This document shows positions 55,798 through 64,000 of a stretch of DNA of 64,000 nt, in pieces; positions within the stretch are counted from its first letter, which is position 1; each line of letters starts with the position of its first letter. Source of the stretch: an uncultured candidate division Zixibacteria bacterium. Its GTDB lineage: Bacteria > Zixibacteria > MSB-5A5 > UBA10806. The notes beneath the pieces were generated by a model. That model worked only from the letters and a program-made list of their open reading frames with translations. It searched no databases and was not told the DNA's origin. The stretch spans positions 96,001-160,000 of the forward strand of contig CAWDFP010000011.1 in the NCBI GenBank assembly GCA_963801605.1, given 5' to 3'. The position numbers and the translations under genes are program-made.

Positions 55798-57054
55798 TAA
55801 GTACGGCTCTCAAACCTCCGGACGACGAGGGTGGTGTTGTGGCCGCCAAATCCAAAGGAATTGGAAAGGGCACATTTGATATCGGCCTTGCGGGCCTGAT
55901 TGGGAACGTAATCGAGATCGCAGCGAGGATCAGGAGTGTCGAGATTAATCGTAGGATGTAACATCCCATGATAAATCTCCAGAACCGTGGCCGCTAACTC
56001 CGCGGCCCCGGCCGCTCCCAATAAATGTCCGATCATCGATTTGGTGGAATTAATTGCAATTTTATATGCCCTCTCGCAGAAAACGCTTTTAATGGCCATC
56101 GTTTCGGCGACATCGCCCAACTCGGTGGCTGTACCATGAGAATTGATATAGTCTACTATCTTCAGGTCCGATACCGGCATCTCTTGAGCGCCGCCTTGAT
56201 ACTCCTGGCCGCCCCATCACCGTCGGGAGACGGCGCAGTGATATGATAAGCATCAGCGGACATCCCCACTCCCAGGAACTCGGCGTAGATACGGGCGCCG
56301 CGTGCTTTGGCATGCTCCAGTTCCTCGAGGACGAGGATCGCCGAACCCTCACCCATGACAAAACCGTCACGATTCGGATCGAATGGCCGCGAGGCTTTCT
56401 CCGGTTCATCGTTACGCGTTGATAGCGCTTTGGCGGAACAGAATCCGGCCATGGCAGTCAATGTGATTGTGGCCTCCGCTCCGCCGCAAAGCATGACATC
56501 GGCCGCATCCCGCTGAATGATCATGAGGGCATCGCCGATGGCATTGCTCGATGAAGCACAGGCCGAAACAGTGGCGAAATTCGGCCCCTTGAAGACCGAA
56601 CATGGATACTGACCATTCCCGAGGCCATATCGGCGATCATCATCGGGAATGAAAAATGGCGAAACCCTCAGCGGGCTGATTGTTGACCACCAATGCGTGC
56701 TGTTTTTCAAAAGTCTCGATACCGCCGACGCCAGAGCCGATTACTACCCCGGCCCGTTCCAGATTGATCGTAGCGAGATATTAATCCGGCATCCTCGATA
56801 GCGTTTCCCGCGGCGACCACTGCATACTGCTGGGAGATATCCAATCGGCGAGCCTGCTTTTTATCGAGGTAATTTATCGGGATCAAAATTCTTGATCTCG
56901 GCCGCGATTTGAGTCGGCAATATGGAGGCATCGAATTTGGTTATGCGGGAAACCCCCGATTTTCCGCGCAATCAGATTACTCCAAAACTCATCGACTAGA
57001 ACTGCCGATAGGGGTAACGAGGCCGATTCCGGTTATGACTACTCGACTCGCCAC
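55797..57054 (-). CDS. fabF: 3-oxoacyl-ACP synthase II; multiple frameshifts
   Basis: [51 protein letters not shown]. Confidence 0.95.
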
Positions 57055-57067
57055 GGCTTTGCGACTT

Positions 57068-57313
57068 CTAACCTTTTGCTTCTTGATGTTTATTGATGTA
57101 GTCGATTGCTTCGCCGACTGTCGTTATCTTGGACGCTTCCTCTTCGGGGATGGTGCAATCGAATTCCTCTTCCAAAGCCAGAATCAATTCCACCTGATCC
57201 AGGGAATCGGCATCGAGATCATCGACAAATGACGCTTCCGGAACCACCTTCTCAGCATCCACGCCTAGATTCTCGGCGATAATTTCTTTAACTCTTTCTT
57301 CGATTGACGCCAT
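57068..57313 (-). CDS. acpP: Acyl carrier protein
   Basis: [24 protein letters not shown]. Confidence 0.97.
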   Translation of the reverse strand: MASIEERVKEIIAENLGVDAEKVVPEASFVDDLDADSLDQVELILALEEEFDCTIPEEEASKITTVGEAIDYINKHQEAKG

Positions 57314-57350
57314 TTTAAGTCCTCCTTAACGTTGTTTAATATTATTTCTA

Positions 57351-58103
<753 letters not shown>

Positions 58104-58105
58104 TG

Positions 58106-59061
58106 CTATTCCGTTCCTTGCGTATTGGTTCATGAATTGATCTAAATCGTCAAGCGTATCGACTCCAAAAATCTCAATTTCGGAATCATCGAATGAACGT
58201 TTCACCATTCCCTGTAGAGCTTTGCCAGGCCCGATCTCGACGAATAATCTGACACCGTCCCGATACATATTCTGCATAATGGGATACCACAGCACCGGGC
58301 TTAATATTTGCGACGAAAGCAATCCTTTAAAAGCATCTCCGCTGGAAACCGGCTCGCCGCTGACATTTGAATACACCGGATATTCGAGATCGGCGAAATT
58401 AAGCTGCGATAAATACTGCAGCATCGTTTGCGCCGAATTTTTCATCAGCGAGCGAGTGATAAGCTCCCGCCACTTGAAGCGGCAGGGCGCGTTTAGCTCC
58501 CGCGGCCTTCAACATAGCGCAAGCGATATCAACGGCGCTCTTATCTCCCGAGATGACTATCTGATCAGGTGAATTATAATTGGCGGGCACGACTATGCCT
58601 TCAACGCTTCCAAGAGCTTCCACTACTTCGTCATACTTAAGTCCAAGTATGGCGGCCATCGTACCGGGCTGGCTATCGCAATCTTCCTGCATGGCAGCGC
58701 TGCGTTTAGCAATGGCTTTTAAGGCCGCATCGAAACTCAACGCCCCGGATGATACCAGAGCGGTATATTCCCCTAGAGAATGCCCGGCGGCGCAGGACGG
58801 CTTGATAAAATTCTCCTTGAGGATCATATCCAGCACGTAAGAATGCACAAAGATCGCCGGCTGAGTGTAGGCTGTTTGTTTTAATTTCTCTTCCGGGCCG
58901 GAGAAACAGACCTCGGCCAAATCGAATTTCAATATTTCGGACGCCTGATCGAAGACTTCCTTAACCGAGGAGAATTCCTCGGCCAGGTCTTTGGCCATGC
59001 CTATATACTGAGAACCCTGTCCGGGAAACAGGAATGCCATCTTTTTGTCTTTACCATTCAA
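58106..59061 (-). CDS. fabD: Malonyl-CoA:ACP transacylase; frameshift(s)
   Basis: FPGQGSQ, GHSLGEY, ANYNSP, GAYHS, EIGPG. Confidence 0.95.
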
Positions 59062-60034
59062 TTAGAGTCGCCCCCCATGTAAAGCCGGCGCCAAATGCGA
59101 CCAGCATGATTTTATCGCCCTTCTTAATCCGTCCCTCTCGCACAGCTTCATCCAGAGCAATCGGGATTGATGCGGCGGAGGTGTTGCCATATTTATGAAT
59201 ATTGACATAAACTCGATCCATTGGCAATTTTATTCTCTTGGCGGTAGCCTCGATAATCCGAATATTGGCCTGATGAGGAATCATCAGGTCGATATCTGCG
59301 GCATCGATTTCGCAGATTTTGAGAATCCTGGTGGCGGCCTCACCCATAGCTTTTACCGCCGACTTAAATACCCCCGGACCTTCCATTCTGATATAGCGGT
59401 CCTCATGGCAGACATTGGAGGCATCAAGCGGGGTTTTAGTACCGCCGATCGGAATCTGCAGCAAATGCGCCAGGGAGCCATCCCCCTTAAGATAGGCATT
59501 AATTATGCCGCCAGGCTCCTTGGAACCTCGTACTATGGCCGCTCCGGCGCCATCGCCAAATAGAACGCAGGTGTTCCGATCTTCCCAGTTAACAAACCTC
59601 GAAAGCATCTCCGAACCTATCACCAGGACGGTCTTGACCTGCCCGACCATTATCAGGGCGCGGGCTATTGAAAGCCCATATATGAAACCGGAACAAGCCG
59701 CCACGATATCCATTACGGCGGCATTTTTGGCGCCGAGTTTGTCCTGGAGAATACAGGCTGTGGACGGTAGAGGAGCGTCGGGGCAAACTGAGCCGTATAT
59801 TATCATATCGATATCGAGAACGCTTATACCGGCCATCTCAATAGCTTTTTTGGCGGCCAGGCAAGCGTAATCGGAACCAACTTTATCTTTGGGAGCGATA
59901 CGGCGTTCCTTGATACCGGTGCGTTCGGTGATCCATTCATCGCTGGTATCAACCATTTTTTCTAAATCGAAATTAGTTAAAACCTGATCTGGGGTAGCCG
60001 AACCGGTCCCTATGATCCTGACATATTTTTCCAT
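59051..60034 (-). CDS. fabH: 3-oxoacyl-ACP synthase III
   Basis: AACSGF, FGDGAGA, PHQAN, YGNTSAAS. Confidence 0.97.
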   Translation of the reverse strand: MEKYVRIIGTGSATPDQVLTNFDLEKMVDTSDEWITERTGIKERRIAPKDKVGSDYACLAAKKAIEMAGISVLDIDMIIYGSVCPDAPLPSTACILQDKLGAKNAAVMDIVAACSGFIYGLSIARALIMVGQVKTVLVIGSEMLSRFVNWEDRNTCVLFGDGAGAAIVRGSKEPGGIINAYLKGDGSLAHLLQIPIGGTKTPLDASNVCHEDRYIRMEGPGVFKSAVKAMGEAATRILKICEIDAADIDLMIPHQANIRIIEATAKRIKLPMDRVYVNIHKYGNTSAASIPIALDEAVREGRIKKGDKIMLVAFGAGFTWGATLIEW

Positions 60035-60035
60035 A

Positions 60036-61073
60036 TTATTGTCTTTGTTTTACCTCGGACGGAGTGTATGAACCGTTGGCGGCCAGCCTTTCCTCAATCA
60101 AGCGGTTGATATCCCGCAGTACCATATTTTGGGCCATTCCCACGGCATTCTTGATAGCTTTAGGCGTGGAGCCGCCATGGCAAATAATTGAAACGCCATT
60201 GATACCAAGCAGCGGGGCGCCTCCGTACTCTGCTGAATCGAGATTTTTTTTCAAATCCTCGAACGCCGGCTGCAAGAGAAAGGCTCCAATTTTGGCGAAG
60301 AGATTGACTCTCACCTGACGCCTGACAAGCTCACCTAAGAAACTATTGATAGATTCCGCAAATTTCAAAATAATATTGCCGACAAAGCCGTCACAGATTA
60401 CAACGTCGGCTTTGCCCTTGAGTATATCGCGGCCTTCGATATTGCCCGCGAAATTGAGATCGGCTGCCGAAAGCAGCTTGTGGGATGCTATCGTGAGTTC
60501 ATTCCCCTTCGATTTTTCTTCGCCGATTGAAAGCAGTCCAACCACCGGATTTTGATTGGAAAACATCTGCGAATAATAGATCGCTCCCATCAAACCAAAT
60601 TGATAGAGGTTGACAGCCTTGCAATCGGAGTTGGCTCCCACGTCGAGAACCAGCGCCGCGCCGCGCTCGGTAGGGAAGAAGGCGCCGATAGCGGGCCGGT
60701 TTACAGCCGGCAGTCTCCCTAACAATATCAAAGAGGCCGCCATGCAGGCCCCGGTATTACCGGCAGATATAAAAGCATCCGATTGGCCGTTCTTCTGCAA
60801 ATTGAGGGCTGAGGAAATAGAGGAATCGGGTTTTTTGCGCACCGATTCCGCAGCCTCGTCACCCATACCGATTACCTGGGTGCTATGAACGATCTTAATG
60901 GGAAGGCTCATAGCATTGAGATTGGTAAGCTCAGCCTCGATTTGGGCCTTATCGCCTACCAAAGTCAATTCGACGTTATCACCGTAAGCCTTTTGAGCCA
61001 GCACGGCTCCGGCCACGATTGAGAACGGCGCGAAATCGCCCCCCATGGCATCTATGGCGATCCGGGTCTTCAT
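60036..61073 (-). CDS. plsX: Phosphate acyltransferase
   Basis: IAIDAMGGD, SAGNTGA, DVGAN, CDGFVGN, GGAPLLG. Confidence 0.97.
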   Translation of the reverse strand: MKTRIAIDAMGGDFAPFSIVAGAVLAQKAYGDNVELTLVGDKAQIEAELTNLNAMSLPIKIVHSTQVIGMGDEAAESVRKKPDSSISSALNLQKNGQSDAFISAGNTGACMAASLILLGRLPAVNRPAIGAFFPTERGAALVLDVGANSDCKAVNLYQFGLMGAIYYSQMFSNQNPVVGLLSIGEEKSKGNELTIASHKLLSAADLNFAGNIEGRDILKGKADVVICDGFVGNIILKFAESINSFLGELVRRQVRVNLFAKIGAFLLQPAFEDLKKNLDSAEYGGAPLLGINGVSIICHGGSTPKAIKNAVGMAQNMVLRDINRLIEERLAANGSYTPSEVKQRQ

Positions 61074-61085
61074 CCTTTGACCAGT

Positions 61086-61271
61086 TTACTTGGTTTCAGT
61101 AACCGCTATCACTTCACGGCCGTTATACCATCCGCAATGCGGGCAGATCTGATGCGAGAGCCGGGGCTCATGGCAATGCGGGCATTCCACCAGATTTGGC
61201 TTGTCGAGTTTCCAGTGCGTGCGTCTCTTGCGGCCTCTGGTTTTGGAATGACGTCTTTTTGGAAGTGGCAT
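61086..61271 (-). CDS. rpmF: 50S ribosomal protein L32
   Basis: MPLPKRRHSKTR...CPHC...CPHCGWY. Confidence 0.97.
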   Translation of the reverse strand: MPLPKRRHSKTRGRKRRTHWKLDKPNLVECPHCHEPRLSHQICPHCGWYNGREVIAVTETK

Positions 61272-61341
61272 ACTACTCCTTTATTGTTCCGATGATACGC
61301 TGGCCCGTTCATTTGCCGGGGGCGTCTTTTTATCGCAATCG

Positions 61342-61851
61342 TTATTGGTCAAATAATTGTTTAAGCGAGTCCCATCTTTCGTCAGTTTTATCGGGGGTAC
61401 AATCGCATTCATCCTCATTGAGATTGGTTCCGCACATGGGGCATAAGCCCTTGCAGTCTTCCGAGCAAAGCGGTTTGAGCGGCAATTCCAGCATAATCGC
61501 CTCGCGGACTCGCTGCGAAATATCATATTCGCCGGTCGTTTTCGGCAGGATCACGAAATCATCGTCTTCCGACGGTTGAGGCTCGTTGATTTCGAGAAGC
61601 TGAATAACAAACTGGATTTTGGGTTTGATATCCGATTCAAACATCTCAAGGCAGCGGGCGCACTCCATTTCGACCGGGCTCGAAACCTGTCCCTGAAATA
61701 CGATTTCGTCGCCAGATTTTGTGGCCGACAGTTTTACCTCGATAGGCTCGGGAAATTCGAAGCCGTCGGCGGCTAATTCGAGGTCTTCGGCAATTTCTGA
61801 AAAGGTCATATCACACCCCTCAGGTGTGATGACTCTCAAATCCACCTTCAT
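61342..61851 (-). CDS. yceD: DUF177/YceD protein
   Basis: CARCL, PLCSEDCKGLCPMCG.NLN, DERW..LK. Confidence 0.92.
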   Translation of the reverse strand: MKVDLRVITPEGCDMTFSEIAEDLELAADGFEFPEPIEVKLSATKSGDEIVFQGQVSSPVEMECARCLEMFESDIKPKIQFVIQLLEINEPQPSEDDDFVILPKTTGEYDISQRVREAIMLELPLKPLCSEDCKGLCPMCGTNLNEDECDCTPDKTDERWDSLKQLFDQ

Positions 61852-62144
61852 AGCTACCAAAATTAATTTCTCCTGCCCCCCCTGTCAAGCCAATTCTGCC
61901 CTGTTAATGGTCAACGGAGAGAACGGCTTAGCAGTCTTTTTTGCCTGAAAATCAGATTAAAACCAAATGTTATACGCTCTTGGGGTGTGGGGTGCACAAT
62001 GCGAGAGTATACAAATCTTTTTTGGGTCGGCATGAATTCCATGACCCCGATTTTTTGGCTAATTCGATTATTCCCGCTAAACAGTTATTAAATCATTTCA
62101 CCACTTGCCGGGTTGATTGCTATCCCCTATAATGCCCCGTCATT

Positions 62145-62764
62145 ATGAAAGTAGGCGAGGCTAAATTCGTGGGGTCGTACCCCGATTACAAACAAGCGCC
62201 CCAAACGGGTTGCCGGAAATCGCTATCGGGGGACGGTCCAATGTCGGGAAATCATCGCTGATAAACTCGCTGCTTAACCGTAAAAAACTGGCAAAGATCG
62301 CTAAAACGCCGGGCAAAACCCGGCTCCTCAACTATTTTGTCATCTTAAATGAAAAGGGAAAAGAAGAGCTCTATTTTGTCGATCTGCCCGGTTATGGATA
62401 TGCCAGGGTGCCAACCGCGGAGAGGAAAAGCTGGAAGAATTTAATCGAGGGGTATATCGAAAATTCTCCGGGATTGCGCGGCTTTGTGCTGCTGATCGAC
62501 TCCCGTCGCGGAGTCGAGCCGCCGGAATTAGAATTTATTGAATATCTTCTAATGCATAAAAAGAGAGTTTGCCCGGTGCTCACCAAATCCGATAAGCTGT
62601 CCCGGCAAGCCGGCACCGAAGTTGCCAGAGAAGCCGCCAGGCTGATTATGCCCCTGGGCGATAAAGTATCTTTTCCAATTCTGCATTCATCGGAAAAGAA
62701 AATCGGCAACGATCTCGTCTGGCGCTGGATCGATGAATCGCAAAAGATCGCTAAGGAAGGATAA
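62145..62764 (+). CDS. engB: Ribosome biogenesis GTPase YihA/EngB; frameshift near 62210
   Basis: GRSNVGKSS, TPGKT, DLPGYGY, TKSD. Confidence 0.95.
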
Positions 62765-62767
62765 GAG

Positions 62768-64000
62768 ATGCGCGTCAATAGTACCGCTGTTTTAGGTCTG
62801 CAATGGGGTGATGAGGGCAAGGGGAAAATAATCGATTTCCTGAGCGAATCGTCCGATGCGGTAGCTCGGTTTGGCGGCGGTTCCAACGCCGGCCATACTA
62901 TCGTAGTTAATGGCGAGAAATTTATCTTAAGGCTGCTGCCATCCGGAGTACTGCATGAGGGCAAACTCTGCTTTATCGGAACGGGCGTAGCCTGCGATCC
63001 GGATGTGCTTCAAGCCGAGATAAGCGCGCTCGAAACGCGCGGTATCAGCACCACGGGACGTATCTTTGTCGATTTCGCCACCCAATTAGTGCTTCCCATA
63101 CACAAAATGCGCGACAGCTACGAGGAAACCAACCGCGGCAAAGGCGCGATTGACACCACCAAGCGCGGCATCGGGCCGTCCTACGCTGACCGGGTCACGA
63201 GAATCGGTATCAGAGTGGCCGACCTGTTTGACCCGGAGCTTCTGCAAGCCAAAGTACTCAATATAGCGGAGTTCCATAAAAACAGCAGCGGTCACGTTAC
63301 TATAGAGGGAGCAGCCGCCAAGCTGAGCGAATATTTAACGGGCTATTTGCCTCTATTGAAGAGCTTGATGGCCGATACGGCTCCGCAAATCATGGAATTG
63401 ATCGATACTGGCAAGAAAGTGCTCTTTGAAGGCGCGCAGGGGTCGCTGCTCGATGTCGATTACGGCACTTATCCATATACTACCTCATCCCACACTACGA
63501 TAGGCGGAATATTTACGGGCATCGGATTACCTCCGAAATATCTGGGCGAGGTTATCGGCGTAGTAAAATCATATATGACCCGCGTGGGACATGGTCCGTT
63601 TCCAACGGAGATGAAGGATGATCTCGGAGAGAAGCTTCGCGAAAAAGGCGCCGAATTCGGCTCTGTCACCGGGCGGCCTCGACGGATCGGCTGGCTCGAT
63701 ATGGTAGCCCTAAAACGGATGATCAGGCAAAACGGAGTCACCAGAATTGCACTGACCAAGCTCGATGTTTTAGATGGCCTAAGCGAGATTTTCGTTTGTG
63801 AATCGTACGAACTCGATGGACAACGATTTGATGTTATTCCGCCGAATCATCCCGATTTCTTCAAAGCCAAACCGATCTATACGAAAATCGAGGGCTGGTC
63901 AGGAAATGTGGCCGGAGTCACGGAACTCGATAAGCTGCCCAAACAGGCGAGGGATTATATCCATTTTATCGAGGAGCGGACTGGTGTCCCGATCTGGCTT
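62768..64000 (+). CDS. purA: Adenylosuccinate synthetase (runs off the window end)
   Basis: GLQWGDEGKGK, GGSNAGHT, TKRGIGP, FEGAQG, TRVGHGPFPTE, TGRPRRIGW. Confidence 0.97.
   Translation, partial: MRVNSTAVLGLQWGDEGKGKIIDFLSESSDAVARFGGGSNAGHTIVVNGEKFILRLLPSGVLHEGKLCFIGTGVACDPDVLQAEISALETRGISTTGRIFVDFATQLVLPIHKMRDSYEETNRGKGAIDTTKRGIGPSYADRVTRIGIRVADLFDPELLQAKVLNIAEFHKNSSGHVTIEGAAAKLSEYLTGYLPLLKSLMADTAPQIMELIDTGKKVLFEGAQGSLLDVDYGTYPYTTSSHTTIGGIFTGIGLPPKYLGEVIGVVKSYMTRVGHGPFPTEMKDDLGEKLREKGAEFGSVTGRPRRIGWLDMVALKRMIRQNGVTRIALTKLDVLDGLSEIFVCESYELDGQRFDVIPPNHPDFFKAKPIYTKIEGWSGNVAGVTELDKLPKQARDYIHFIEERTGVPIWL

Overview
Bacterial chromosomal segment, mostly housekeeping, from an uncultured-looking diderm. 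PorV-like, LVIVD, FN3 'TAPGDD' and DUF1573 proteins suggest a Zixibacteria/FCB-like organism, but this is inference only. Core genes include eno-ftsB-recO, glyQS, lepB, suhB, clpX-clpP-tig with tRNA-Leu, a yceD-rpmF-plsX-fabH-fabD-fabG-acpP-fabF-rnc-etfB operon, engB and purA. Many genes, including essential ones, carry single-base indels. I read these as uncorrected long-read errors, so the coordinates of split genes are my reconstructions. Most notable: (1) an exported DUF1573 protein with an in-frame TGA replacing the first Cys of the family CGCT motif, followed by a SECIS-like hairpin (candidate selenoprotein); (2) seven G(G/A)AAC-N17-(C/T/A)GTT ECF-sigma-type promoters in front of stress genes; (3) four paralogues of an unnamed ~130-aa Cys-containing protein, three sharing a 3' module; (4) an intact IS3 inserted into a GTAG-type REP doublet, with many REP-like and CGTC-type palindromes elsewhere; (5) an AT-rich stand-alone TOPRIM fusion that may be a defence gene; (6) a 6S-like rod RNA and a structured leader upstream of mntP.
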